A DNA stretch of 64,000 nucleotides from an uncultured Gammaproteobacteria bacterium (GCA_963729605.1 CAVSNY010000002.1:256001-320000), one strand, 5' to 3'. Counted from the first letter of the stretch, positions 11,760 to 21,644 are shown. Program-made: numbers and translations. Notes: generated by a model from the sequence alone, not told the origin.

Positions 11760-12083
11760 GTCATCGCATTTTAATACCCTTTACCTGAAAGTGATCGGCT
11801 TGAAAGTAGTCGGATCACCCGCCGCCTTTATGAAGGGCCGCCCAAAAGAAGAGCTATGTTATGCTTGGACCGACCCGCTGATTAACCGCCTCCACGGCGA
11901 GCTAACGAGAAGGCGGGCAGTTTCCACGGACCTCGCGGCCGCGCGCAGATAGTGCGCCGATATTAATGAATCAGGGGGCCGCCGCCGACATATCATGAAC
12001 TTAAGTCGATCGTGGAAAATCCATAACGACCATTTGACGGGCGATGACCTATTGAGCGTCCCGCCGATTCTGGAGGTTAGGCA

Positions 12084-13262
12084 ATGAAAGGCAAAGACCG
12101 CCGCCTGGCGGAATTGAAAAACGCCATTCCGGAAATCTCGCCGGAAGAGGCTCTGGCCGAGCACAAACAGGGTGCGGTGTTATTGGATGTGCGCGAGGCC
12201 GACGAAGTGGCCAATGGCAGCCCCAAGGGGGCGCTGCGGCTGAGTCGGGGTTTCCTCGAATTGCGCATCGAAGAGAAGGTGTCCGACCTGGCGCAACCCG
12301 TTTTGGTGATGTGCGCCGGCGGCACGCGGTCGCTGTTCGCGGCCGAGGCGCTGAAACAACTCGGTTATCAAAACGTGAAATCCGTCGCCGGCGGTTTCAG
12401 CCGCTGGAAAAATAAAGGCCTGCCCTTTGAGATGCCCCGGACCCTCGACGACGACGCCCGCGAACGGTATTCCCGTCATCTGTTGTTGCCGGAGGTGGGC
12501 GAGCAAGGGCAGCTGAAATTGCTCGACAGCAAGGTCTTGTTGATCGGCGCCGGCGGCTTGGGTTCGCCGTCGGCCTTTTATCTGGCCGCCGCCGGGGTGG
12601 GTACCCTGGGGTTGGTGGACCACGATGTGGTGGATCGCAGCAATTTGCAGCGGCAGATACTCCATACCGAGGCGCGGGTGGATGTCTCCAAAGTGGCTTC
12701 GGCCCGCGAGGCCCTGGAGTCGCTCAACCCGCGGGTCAAGGTCGTCGGTTATGAAACCCGCCTCGATAGCAGTAACGTGGAAGAGATACTGTCCGGTTAT
12801 GACGTGGTGGTGGACGGCTCGGACAATCTGCCCACCCGATATTTGATCAACGATGCCTGCGTCAAACTGGGCATCCCCAATATCCACGCGGCGGTGTATC
12901 GCTTCGAGGGACAGATCACCGTGTTCTGGCCGGGCTACGAGAAGCGTCGCGGCGGCTGTTACCGCTGTATGTTCCCCGAACCGCCGCCGCCGGAATCGGC
13001 GCCGTCCTGCGCCGAGATCGGCGTGCTCGGCGTGTTGCCCGGCGTGCTCGGCGTGTTGCAGGCGGTGGAGACCTTGAAGGTGCTTTTGAAAATCGGCGAC
13101 TCGCTGGTGGGCAGGATGCTTTATTACGATGCCCTGCACGGGTCGTTCAACGAGTTCAAGCTCAAGCGCAATCCGGAATGTAAAGTCTGCGGCGACCATG
13201 CCCGGTTCACCGGCTACAGCGATTATGCCGAGGTGTGCGCAACCCCGGCCGCGGCGGGCTGA
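12084..13262 (+). CDS. moeB: Rhodanese-MoeB fusion (MoeZ/MoeBR-type sulfur-carrier adenylyltransferase)
   Basis: N-terminal rhodanese (CAGGTRS), RYSRH, GAGGLGSP, SNLQRQILH, CYRC and CKVC zinc motifs. Confidence 0.92.
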   Translation: MKGKDRRLAELKNAIPEISPEEALAEHKQGAVLLDVREADEVANGSPKGALRLSRGFLELRIEEKVSDLAQPVLVMCAGGTRSLFAAEALKQLGYQNVKSVAGGFSRWKNKGLPFEMPRTLDDDARERYSRHLLLPEVGEQGQLKLLDSKVLLIGAGGLGSPSAFYLAAAGVGTLGLVDHDVVDRSNLQRQILHTEARVDVSKVASAREALESLNPRVKVVGYETRLDSSNVEEILSGYDVVVDGSDNLPTRYLINDACVKLGIPNIHAAVYRFEGQITVFWPGYEKRRGGCYRCMFPEPPPPESAPSCAEIGVLGVLPGVLGVLQAVETLKVLLKIGDSLVGRMLYYDALHGSFNEFKLKRNPECKVCGDHARFTGYSDYAEVCATPAAAG

Positions 13263-13273
13263 CGCGGGATTCG

Positions 13274-13759
13274 TTACAGGGAAGGGAGAAATAGGAGGAC
13301 CCTGCCCTGTCCCGGCCAGATGGCGATTTCATAACTGATGAGCCCGGCGTAAAAGGCGAAAATCGAGTAAAGGATATGCCGGATTTTGAGGCGCTTGAAT
13401 AAGGAAAGGTGGTGGTAGCCGACCAACACCACTAAACAGACCGCGGTCATGGCCAGCTTGACCGTGACGAATAAATCGATGTCGCGCCGGATCAAATAGT
13501 CCATCAGCAAGTTCATTTCTTGGGCGCCCAGCTGCAGCAATTGCAGCGTATTGTGGGCGTCGGCCACAGACAGCAGCATGATGCCGAGGGTGAGATAAAA
13601 CAGGTGCGGCGGGTGCCAATCCAGGCTCAATTGCGCGTTAAGGGCGTCTTCCTGGCGCCGGTAACGGCGGCGGCGGCCGCGCAGGCCGTGGACGTGAAAG
13701 AGCGAATGCTGCGGCCGGCGCCGGTCGGTGCGCGGCGTATGGTGTCGTTCTAATAGCAT
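13274..13759 (-). CDS. Membrane protein, DUF5658-like, Arg-rich N-terminus
   Basis: LSVADAHNTLQLLQLGAQEMNLLM...F..VK..MT; several TM segments. Confidence 0.7.
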   Translation of the reverse strand: MLLERHHTPRTDRRRPQHSLFHVHGLRGRRRRYRRQEDALNAQLSLDWHPPHLFYLTLGIMLLSVADAHNTLQLLQLGAQEMNLLMDYLIRRDIDLFVTVKLAMTAVCLVVLVGYHHLSLFKRLKIRHILYSIFAFYAGLISYEIAIWPGQGRVLLFLPSL

Positions 13760-13791
13760 GTTTGAAGCCGGCCCGATTTTTTATTCAAAAA

Positions 13792-13807
13792 AGCAGTATT
13801 CATGCCA
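13792..13807 (-). promoter_or_regulatory. sigma54 promoter for DUF5658-like gene
   Basis: Minus strand TGGCATGAATACTGCT (GG-N10-GC), ~30 nt before ATG, AT-rich upstream. Confidence 0.7.
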
Positions 13808-14006
13808 GTAAAATTATTTCTTTTTATCTCAGTTTGCTAAGTCCAGCACGGTACCGCCGGCCGGCGTCGATGTAAATTCGGCCGACAAATTCGCTACCTG
13901 GTGTGGGCCGTCCTTTATTTTCAGCCCCTGATGGCCGATAACCCGGTACGGATAACGTCCGCCGGTAGTAACACCTTGCGGCGGAGAGACGGTATAGGAG
14001 GCGGAG

Positions 14007-15389
14007 ATGCCCATTGCGGATAGGCTGAGGCAATACCTCGACAGAAAACATATTATTTACGACGTCCATGAGTTGGCGCCGTTTACCTCGTTGCTCCAGG
14101 CCTCGGACGCGGCTGGGATCACCGCCGCCTCGGTGGTGAAAACGGTGGTATTAAAAGACGAAGTCGGTTTGGTGATGGTCGTGATGTTGGCCACCCACAG
14201 CCTGGACGTCGATGCCTTGAGTAAATTGCTGCATCGTCGCATGGAGTTGGCGACCGAGGCGCAGATTAAACAGGTGTTTCCCGATTGCGTGCCCCGTTTC
14301 GTCCCGCCCTTGGGTGAGCCGTATGGCGTACGGACCATCGTCGATGATGCGCTGGTGGCATGTGATGGCCTGTATTTCTCGGGGGGTGACGCCTCTCATT
14401 TGGTGCAAGTCAATAATAAAGATTTCTTCAATCTACTGAGCAATGCCTGGCTGGCCGGCAACTTTTCCCGGGCTATCGGCAGTTATGATGAGCGTGCCGC
14501 GGCGGCGGGCGGCGATACCGCTGTTACTGGCACCGATATCAAAAAACGTATTCAAGCGCTGAAAGAGCTGCCGGCCATGCCCGCGGTGGCGCGACAAATT
14601 TTCGAATTGCGCGCCAATCCGCTGGCCGACGTGGAAAGGCTCGGCAAATTAGTGGAGCTGGATCCCAGCTTGGCGGCGCAGGTGATTCGTTACGCCCGTT
14701 CGCCGTTTTTCAGTTATCGCGGCAAGGTCGATTCGGTCAATACCGCCATCTCGCGGGTGCTCGGTTTCGAGATGGTGATGAATTTGGCGCTGGGTATCGC
14801 CAGCGCGCGGCCGTTCAAGATTCCGGCGATCGGTCCCTTGGGTCTGAACGCCTTCTGGCGCCACGCTACTTATAGCGCGGCCCTGGTGCAGGCCTTGGGA
14901 CGTGAATTGCCGCACCCTATGCGTCCGCCGGCGGGGATGAGTTATCTCGCCGGGTTATTGCACAACATGGGGCACCTGTTGCTGGGGCATTTGTTCAAGC
15001 CTGAATTCTGCATGCTGAATAACGCGGTCAGCGCCCATCCCGGCATCTCGGTGGTGGAGCAGGAAATGGCGATGCTGGGTATCGAACACGGTGAGTTGGG
15101 TGCCTGGCTGATGGAAAGCTGGAATATGCCGGAGGAAATCATCGTCGCCACCCGCGAGCACCACAATGCGAGTTACAACGGTCCGCACGCCGTCTACGCG
15201 CGTTTGACCTTGCTGGCCGACCATATGTTGAAAGAGCATGGCATCGGCGATGCGCCGACCCATGAATTACCGGCGGAGATCATGGCTGAACTGGGATTGG
15301 AGGAGATACAAATCGTCATGGTCATGAGCCGTATCCTGGAAGGCTGCGAGGGACTCAATGCGATGGCGCGTAATCTGGCCGCGGCTTGA
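14007..15389 (+). CDS. YbaK/aminoacyl-tRNA deacylase-like + HDOD domain protein
   Basis: N-terminal VVKTVVLKD...FPDC...VPPLGEPYG; C-terminal LPAMP, DPSLAAQVIRYA, FWRHA, AGLLHNMG, W.MPEE..HH. Confidence 0.88.
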   Translation: MPIADRLRQYLDRKHIIYDVHELAPFTSLLQASDAAGITAASVVKTVVLKDEVGLVMVVMLATHSLDVDALSKLLHRRMELATEAQIKQVFPDCVPRFVPPLGEPYGVRTIVDDALVACDGLYFSGGDASHLVQVNNKDFFNLLSNAWLAGNFSRAIGSYDERAAAAGGDTAVTGTDIKKRIQALKELPAMPAVARQIFELRANPLADVERLGKLVELDPSLAAQVIRYARSPFFSYRGKVDSVNTAISRVLGFEMVMNLALGIASARPFKIPAIGPLGLNAFWRHATYSAALVQALGRELPHPMRPPAGMSYLAGLLHNMGHLLLGHLFKPEFCMLNNAVSAHPGISVVEQEMAMLGIEHGELGAWLMESWNMPEEIIVATREHHNASYNGPHAVYARLTLLADHMLKEHGIGDAPTHELPAEIMAELGLEEIQIVMVMSRILEGCEGLNAMARNLAAA

Positions 15390-15543
15390 GTTCAGTGTAA
15401 GACGATAGATCTCTACCGGATTTTTTTAGCGTTATTTTCATTGCGCTGATCCCGTTCTGATCAGCGCGATCCAGTTTTTCGCAATCCATCTCCCCCGACG
15501 ATCTGACATCGGCAAAAATTGAAATGCGGATGCGAGTCCTCGG

Positions 15544-15578
15544 AAAGGCGGTGCGTTGCTGGTCGCCAACGCACCGCC
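15544..15578 (-). terminator. Likely terminator hairpin downstream of CHRD gene
   Basis: GGCGGTGCGTTG-8nt-CAACGCACCGCC perfect 12-bp stem, short T run on minus strand. Confidence 0.55.
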
Positions 15579-15600
15579 GCGCCGTTTGGTTAAGTAAGGA

Positions 15601-16167
15601 TTAATGCAAAAACTTGAAAGGCGAACGATCTTCGATTTGGCCGCGGACTTCTCCCGGCGGGTTGGCGGTGGTATGAACGTTCACGTAGGTATTCCCGCGT
15701 ATCAGGTTGGCGATGGCATCTTCAAAAGTGTTGATGCCCAGATTCGGTTGCGGAATCAAATTTGCGGCAGTGATCATGCCGGAAATTTCCCCCGTGAAAG
15801 GGCCGTCGTCCCGCGGCAGCGGGGTGCCGGCCGGGTTGTTGCTGCTGTCCCCGAATAACCAAAACATCACCGGCCCATTTTGACCCGCGGGCCCGAGATG
15901 GATATGGGCCATGAAGATAGGGGTGGCGGTATTGCTGACTTTAAGCCGGTAATGGAGCGTGCTGCGATCCTTGGAAAGCGAGATATGGGCCTCGCCATAA
16001 GCCCCCGTGACCAGGCCCACCACGGGGATGACCGTGCCGGAGACATTGGTGTTGATGACTTCTTGGGCGCCGCTTAATTCCGTTTCAAACTTGTTGTTTC
16101 TGGCGTCGACGCTCATTGCGGACAGGCTGGCGAGGGTCGCGGCGGTGAGGGTAATGAATTTATTCAT
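15601..16167 (-). CDS. Secreted CHRD-domain protein
   Basis: Signal peptide, LSGAQE, AHIHLGPAGQNGPV, YVNVHT.ANPPGEVRGQI. Confidence 0.9.
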   Translation of the reverse strand: MNKFITLTAATLASLSAMSVDARNNKFETELSGAQEVINTNVSGTVIPVVGLVTGAYGEAHISLSKDRSTLHYRLKVSNTATPIFMAHIHLGPAGQNGPVMFWLFGDSSNNPAGTPLPRDDGPFTGEISGMITAANLIPQPNLGINTFEDAIANLIRGNTYVNVHTTANPPGEVRGQIEDRSPFKFLH

Positions 16168-16515
16168 ATTGCTTGTTCCTTCAAGATTCGGAGTGGATAA
16201 AGGGAACGCACGGGGACGGCGATGCCGTGGCGGTCCCGTCAGGAATCAACTTCATGAATTTAAAAATGATTGCAGGTACTGATGACGCTGGCGGGCGAGG
16301 GATGGCGTATTGAGCAACGCAGTACGGCGACCTCGCCTTTGAATAAAGGTAGCAGTCTTTTGTGAGGCTGCAAGCCGGGCCTTGTCTACTAATTTTAATG
16401 AATCAATTGTTTACATTTTTATGATGGTGAGCCCGGTCGCGCGTTTCCTGGCGGGGACAATTTGATACACTGAACCCCACAATCGAAAAGAAAAAGATAG
16501 TTGGGGGTAAGTTTT

Positions 16516-16878
16516 ATGAGCGGTTCAATACCGGAGTTTGATTTTGAGTTTTGGGTCAAGCTTGCCGCAACGGATTCGCAAGCCTTTGAAGAAAAACGGC
16601 GCGAAGTGATCGAGGACTTTATCACGCGATGGTCTCCCGACCAGCAGTCGCGCCTGCGCGGCTTGCAGTGGCGGATTGATATGGAACGCAAAAAACACCG
16701 TCATCCGCTGGCGGCGTGTTCGCATTTGTTCAATAAGATGTGGGCGTCGGTGTATGGCGAAGGCGGTTTATCCGACGCCTTGCAAGGCCGGGTGAAACAG
16801 TCCGAACAATCGGCTGTCGTATTGATCTTTTCACCGGATCGGCGCGAACGGGTTCGGGGTTTGGTGGCGGGTCCGTAG
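16516..16878 (+). CDS. DUF3135 family protein
   Basis: FDF..W..LA..D..AFE..R...I......RL.GLQWRID.ER....PL. Confidence 0.75.
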   Translation: MSGSIPEFDFEFWVKLAATDSQAFEEKRREVIEDFITRWSPDQQSRLRGLQWRIDMERKKHRHPLAACSHLFNKMWASVYGEGGLSDALQGRVKQSEQSAVVLIFSPDRRERVRGLVAGP

Positions 16879-16888
16879 CCGTCCGCCG

Positions 16889-17533
16889 TCACAGCCACTG
16901 TCCGGACCAGTGTTTGATCATGCCGCTCCATAAAACGTCAGGCGCGGTATTGAAAACCGCCTCGCCATCGGCGGGGGCGACGATCCAGTCCCCGCGCGCG
17001 ATTTCCCGCTCCAGTTGACCGGCAGCCCACCCGGCGTAACCGGCGTAGATGCGTACCGATGCATCCGTACGCAAGGCGGCAAGACTCGACCGCAGATTGG
17101 AAAGACCGCGGCCCAAAAAAATATTGGAGAATAAAATCTGCGCGGGCGGCGGGGTGTCGCTGCGAATCAATACGAACATTTCATTGGCGCCGACCGGGCC
17201 ACCCGCGTACAAGGGACCCGGATAGTGGCTCAGTTCCTCGATACCCGGCAGGACGTGAGCGATGCTGATGGGGGTAGGCCGGTTGATGATGAGACCCGCC
17301 GCGCCGGTCGCGCCGGTATCGATGATTAAAATAACCGTCTTGCGGAAACGCGGATCCGTCAGGCGCGGATGCGCGATGAGCAGCGTGCCTTTCTGCAAGG
17401 CGAACTGGAACATGTTGAGGGGCGGCGGTCTTATTTCGCCGGCCGCCTTATTGCAAACTAACAAGAACGCCGTGGCCAGGGCGCAAAAGATCGCGAGTCG
17501 GCTGTGACGTCTGTGTGGCGGCATGGTCTGCAT
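16889..17533 (-). CDS. YqgE/AlgH family protein with N-terminal hydrophobic extension
   Basis: LLIAHPRLTDPRFRKTVILI, GLIINRP, GGPV, GYAGWAAGQLEREI..GDW. Confidence 0.85.
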   Translation of the reverse strand: MQTMPPHRRHSRLAIFCALATAFLLVCNKAAGEIRPPPLNMFQFALQKGTLLIAHPRLTDPRFRKTVILIIDTGATGAAGLIINRPTPISIAHVLPGIEELSHYPGPLYAGGPVGANEMFVLIRSDTPPPAQILFSNIFLGRGLSNLRSSLAALRTDASVRIYAGYAGWAAGQLEREIARGDWIVAPADGEAVFNTAPDVLWSGMIKHWSGQWL

Positions 17534-17586
17534 TCCATTCTGCGCTCATTTCAACTATAGCAGCTGATGATGGATGGCGGGCATGA

Positions 17587-17624
17587 ATGAATTTGGCGCT
17601 GGGTATGGTCAGCGCGCGGCCGTT
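17587..17624 (+). repeat. 38-nt intergenic copy of HDOD coding sequence 14778-14815
   Basis: ATGAATTTGGCGCTGGGTATgGtCAGCGCGCGGCCGTT, 36/38 identical, same orientation. Confidence 0.9.
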
Positions 17625-17649
17625 TGGCGAGGAGGCACCCGCGCGTCGT

Positions 17650-18195
17650 TTATTCCGACGCCGCGAGCACTTTTTCCGTCATGCGCATGATGGAGCGGTC
17701 GCTGGTGAAGCGGCCGATGTCGTCCAAGGCCACCCACGCTAAGTCTCTCGATTCGCTGCTGATCACCAAGGGCGTGGCGCGATCCGCTTCCAGCAGCCAG
17801 CGCACGTCGTAGTGTAAATGCCGTGGTTCATCGCCGCGGGCCGGGATGGGATGCACGTCCACATCGAACGGCACGTTGGAGAGGGGTTTGATATCTTCCA
17901 GACCGGACTCTTCGCGGGCCTCGCGCAAGGCCACCGCCAGGATATCCGTTTCGCCGTCGGCATGACCGCCCAATTGCAGCCAGCGATTCAGTTTGCGGTG
18001 GTGGGTCAATAACACATGGCGGCGTTGGCGATCGATTATCCACGCCGAGCCGGTGATATGGCCGATGCGCAAGTGGCGTTCGAAACATTGGGTTTCGTTT
18101 TCCACGAAGCGGACCAGCATTTCATACATCTCCCGCTCGTTTTTATCGTAGGGCTGATACGCCTTCAGCAGCGCTAATAAAGGATGTCTATGCAT
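17650..18195 (-). CDS. NUDIX hydrolase
   Basis: GHITGSAWI, HHRKLNRWLQLGGHAD, Nudix box ALREAREESGL, HYDVR. Confidence 0.9.
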   Translation of the reverse strand: MHRHPLLALLKAYQPYDKNEREMYEMLVRFVENETQCFERHLRIGHITGSAWIIDRQRRHVLLTHHRKLNRWLQLGGHADGETDILAVALREAREESGLEDIKPLSNVPFDVDVHPIPARGDEPRHLHYDVRWLLEADRATPLVISSESRDLAWVALDDIGRFTSDRSIMRMTEKVLAASE

Positions 18196-18242
18196 GTCGT
18201 GCCATCGCGAATAACGTCGGGCGGTCATTATACCCAAATAAT

Positions 18243-18623
18243 TTAACGCGAGTGCCGGGTTTCCCGAGGCAGCGCGCGCAAATCCACCCATACCATGTGT
18301 TCCGCGATATGCGCCGGTAACGCGGTGAGGTGCTGGCGTACACAGGGACCCCGGATGCATAAACCGTCCTCGATGCGGAATTGCGCGCCGTGCAACGTGC
18401 AGAGTATGAGGCTGCGATCGAAGGTCAGAAATTCATCCGCCCCCCAATTGAGCGGAGAACCGGTATGCGGACAGCGATTGAGATAGACGTATACCCGTTG
18501 ATGCTGGCGCACCGCGAACAGGGAACGCATGTCGTCGTTAGGTAGAGGAAACTCCCGGCTTGTCCCATGCGCAAGTTCATCATCACGACATAGCGGGTGT
18601 AAATGTGGCGGCGTGGCGAACAT
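18243..18623 (-). CDS. Rieske [2Fe-2S] ferredoxin-like protein
   Basis: NRCPH...CTLHGAQF...G.C..GPC. Confidence 0.88.
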   Translation of the reverse strand: MFATPPHLHPLCRDDELAHGTSREFPLPNDDMRSLFAVRQHQRVYVYLNRCPHTGSPLNWGADEFLTFDRSLILCTLHGAQFRIEDGLCIRGPCVRQHLTALPAHIAEHMVWVDLRALPRETRHSR

Positions 18624-18873
18624 GATAGTTGCGGCTGGAAGTTTCCGTGAATAAAGTGCCGACGCACTTTAGCATAATGTCACGAGTCATGGTGCGGCCG
18701 AGTGGCTAGCCCTGTAAGCATTTGAATACCCATTGCGCTTTATATTCGTGGTGTCGCGCGGAGTTTCTTCGTTGGAACTTTTATGGCGCAGGTTTGTTTG
18801 ATAAATAAGGCCATGAAGAAGTTCGGGCCTGCTGTCGATACGTTGTATAAGGCCATTGTATGAATGATGCGGT

Positions 18874-19800
18874 ATGAAAGATCCGGCATTGATTGGCGTC
18901 GCGAGCGGCTGGGGCGCGCGGGATCGGGGTTGTGCGGACGGCCCCGATGCGCTATTGGCGGCGGGGCCGGTAATGTGTTTGGCGGGGAAGGGAGATTCTC
19001 CGCCGCCCCATGATATTTTACGCGCCGCGCCGCCGCCGACCGAACGGGATGTGATCGAGGTGGTGGTGGAGATCAATCAACGTTTGGCGCGTACGGTACG
19101 GCGGCGTATGGAAGAGGATTATTTTCCCATCGTCATCGGCGGCGATCATTCCTGCGCGGTGGGAACCTGGAGCGGTGTGCGTGGCGCGGTGGCCGAGCGC
19201 GGCGGCGTGGGCTTGTTGTGGGTGGATGCGCATATGGACAGTCATGTGCCGCAGACCAGTCCCAGCGGCGCGCTGCACGGGATGCCCCTGGCGTGTTTAT
19301 TGGGGCACGGCTTCGACGGACTGACTCACCTGGCCGGCCCGGCCCCCACGTTGCAACCCGCGCATGTGTGTCTGCTGGGTGTGCGCAGTTTTGAAGTCGG
19401 CGAGGCGGCGTTATTGAAAGCGCTGGGTGTGCGAGTGATTTTCATGGAAGAAGTCACGCGGCGCGGATTCGCGACGGTGTGGCGGGAAGCCTTGGCGCAG
19501 GTCTCACGCGCCAGCGCCGGTTATGGAATCACCCTTGATCTGGACGCGCTGGATCCGCGCGATGCGCCCGGTGTGGGGACGCCTGCCCCTGGCGGTATCG
19601 ATGCCGATGAATTGGTGCGCGCGCTGACCGATGCGCGGCAGGATCGAAACTGGTTGGCCTTGGAGATCGCGGAATACAACCCGCACCTTGATCACGATCA
19701 AACGACATTGCGTTTGCTGCGACGCATCGTGTGCGCGGCAGGTGGGAGAACAGTCGATGAATCCTACGATACACCTCGAACAACACTATTGCGCCCATAA
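18874..19800 (+). CDS. rocF: Arginase
   Basis: GGDHSCA, WVDAHMD, SG.LHGMP, DLDALDP..APGVGTP, EYNP. Confidence 0.9.
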   Translation: MKDPALIGVASGWGARDRGCADGPDALLAAGPVMCLAGKGDSPPPHDILRAAPPPTERDVIEVVVEINQRLARTVRRRMEEDYFPIVIGGDHSCAVGTWSGVRGAVAERGGVGLLWVDAHMDSHVPQTSPSGALHGMPLACLLGHGFDGLTHLAGPAPTLQPAHVCLLGVRSFEVGEAALLKALGVRVIFMEEVTRRGFATVWREALAQVSRASAGYGITLDLDALDPRDAPGVGTPAPGGIDADELVRALTDARQDRNWLALEIAEYNPHLDHDQTTLRLLRRIVCAAGGRTVDESYDTPRTTLLRP

Positions 19801-20965
19801 TTACGCGCCCTTGCCGGTGGTGCTGGTGCGGGGCGAGGGCGTGTATGTGTGGGACGACCAGGGCAAGCGCTACCTCGATATGATGAGCGCCTATTCGGCG
19901 GTGAGTCACGGACACTGTCATCCCCGCCTGGTGCGCGCGCTCAGTGAACAAGCGGCGCGGCTCGCGGTGGTGTCGCGGGCGTTTTATTCGGATCGGCTCG
20001 CGCCGTTTTTGCAGCGCCTTTGCGAAGTCACCGGTTACGACATGGCCCTGCCCATGAACAGCGGCGCCGAGGCGGTGGAGACCGCATTGAAGGCCGCGCG
20101 CAAATGGGCCTATACCGTGAAAGGCGTCGCGCCGGAGCGGGCGGAGGTCATCGCCTGCGACGGCAATTTTCACGGCCGCACCATCGCCGTGGTCGGCCTC
20201 TCTTCGGAGCCGCAATACCGCGAGGGTTTCGGGCCGTTTCCGCCCGGCATGAAACGCGTTGCCTACGGTGACGCGGCGGCTTTGGAAGCGGCGATCACGC
20301 CCGATACGGCGGCGTTTCTAGTGGAGCCCATTCAAGGTGAAGGCGGCATCGTGATTCCACCGGCGGGTTATCTCGCCGAGTGCGCCCGCATCTGCAAAAA
20401 ACATAATGTGCTGTTGATCTGCGACGAGATTCAAACCGGCGTGGCGCGTACCGGCGCTTTATTCGCGTGTTCGCACGACGGCGTAAAGCCCGATGGGGTG
20501 GTGCTCGGCAAGGCCTTGGGCGGTGGACTGTTGGCGGTGTCCGCCTTCCTCGCGCGGCGCGAGGTGATGGAGGTGTTTCAGCCCGGCGATCACGGCAGCA
20601 CCTTCGGCGGTAATCCGCTGGCGTCGGCGGTGGCCTTGGAAGCCGTCAATGTCATGTTGGAAGACCGGTATGCCGAGCGGGCCGCCGAGTTGGGCGATTA
20701 TTTTTTGGGGTGTTTGCGGCAAATAAACAGCCCTCTGATACGGGAGGCGCGCGGCAAAGGTTTGTTGATCGGTTTGGAAGTGGATCCTGCCAAAGTATCG
20801 GCACGGACCTTGTGTGAGGCTTTGATGCGGCGGGGCATACTCAGTAAGGAAACCCATCACACGGTCTTGCGTTTCGCGCCGCCGCTGGTGATTACCCGCC
20901 GGCAAATAGACGATGCCGTCGAGCGGATTCGAGAAGTTTTACAAACGTTCAGCCCTATTAACTAG
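19757..20965 (+). CDS. rocD: Ornithine--oxo-acid aminotransferase
   Basis: AHNYAPLPVV, SAYSAVSHGH, EPIQGEGG, DEIQTG, LGKALGGG, HGSTFGGNPLA. Confidence 0.95.
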   Translation: MNPTIHLEQHYCAHNYAPLPVVLVRGEGVYVWDDQGKRYLDMMSAYSAVSHGHCHPRLVRALSEQAARLAVVSRAFYSDRLAPFLQRLCEVTGYDMALPMNSGAEAVETALKAARKWAYTVKGVAPERAEVIACDGNFHGRTIAVVGLSSEPQYREGFGPFPPGMKRVAYGDAAALEAAITPDTAAFLVEPIQGEGGIVIPPAGYLAECARICKKHNVLLICDEIQTGVARTGALFACSHDGVKPDGVVLGKALGGGLLAVSAFLARREVMEVFQPGDHGSTFGGNPLASAVALEAVNVMLEDRYAERAAELGDYFLGCLRQINSPLIREARGKGLLIGLEVDPAKVSARTLCEALMRRGILSKETHHTVLRFAPPLVITRRQIDDAVERIREVLQTFSPIN

Positions 20966-21022
20966 CCCCTAAAAACGGGGTTGAATCGCTTTTAAATTCT
21001 CGTAATTTCATTACGCCGTGCA

Positions 21023-21040
21023 CTGGTACACCCTTTGCAT
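21023..21040 (+). promoter_or_regulatory. sigma54 promoter for PilZ gene
   Basis: CTGGTACACCCTTTGCAT (GG-N10-GC). Confidence 0.65.
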
Positions 21041-21127
21041 TCTTGCTCTCGCGTCAATAAATGCGCCGTCATTCTGGCGCTTGGGTTATAGTAACGGGAC
21101 TTGCCAGCAGCAAGGAGGAATAGAAGT

Positions 21128-21514
21128 ATGTTCACTGACAGTCGGTCAAACGCGCGATTACCCATTCCGAAATATTTCACCGGCGGCGCCTTTCATCTGG
21201 TCGACGGTGAGCGCGAGTATCACTATATCCGGGCCAATGACGTCTGCGTGTCGGGCATTGGCTTGGACGTGCCCTCGCCGCTGGAATGCGGATCGCAAGT
21301 GAAAGTGCGCTACACCACGGAAGGATGGCGGTCGGATCTGGATGGGACGGTGATGTGGTGCGTGCGCTCGGACCGGGTGGGTGTGAGCATGCGCGCCTAT
21401 CAGAATTTTCGAGTGGGTATCCGTCTCAATCCGAACAATGTCCAGGCCAATGCCCTGCTGTTTCTCACGCTGAAAGATGATTTGCAGCAGTCTCGCACGG
21501 AGGCGAGGGGTTGA
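21128..21514 (+). CDS. Standalone PilZ-domain protein
   Basis: AAGGAGG RBS; RSNAR (RxxxR), DVCVSGIGL (variant DxSxxG), G.VMWC, GIRL. Confidence 0.72.
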   Translation: MFTDSRSNARLPIPKYFTGGAFHLVDGEREYHYIRANDVCVSGIGLDVPSPLECGSQVKVRYTTEGWRSDLDGTVMWCVRSDRVGVSMRAYQNFRVGIRLNPNNVQANALLFLTLKDDLQQSRTEARG

Positions 21515-21644
21515 CGCCATTGTGCGTTGTGCCGCGCCCATAAGCGCGCTGCTATTTTAAAAAGGGGCGCGGCCATCGGGCCGCGCGATTCCTCCCCGCC
21601 TCGTTACGGCTGTTGTGTAAGCCGCCGTTTAATCCTCAAGCCGG

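Noticed and set aside
13020-13059. 21-nt-period tandem repeat GGCGTGCTCGGCGTGTTGC
   Set aside because: Encodes the ordinary MoeB motif GVLGVLPGVLGVLQ
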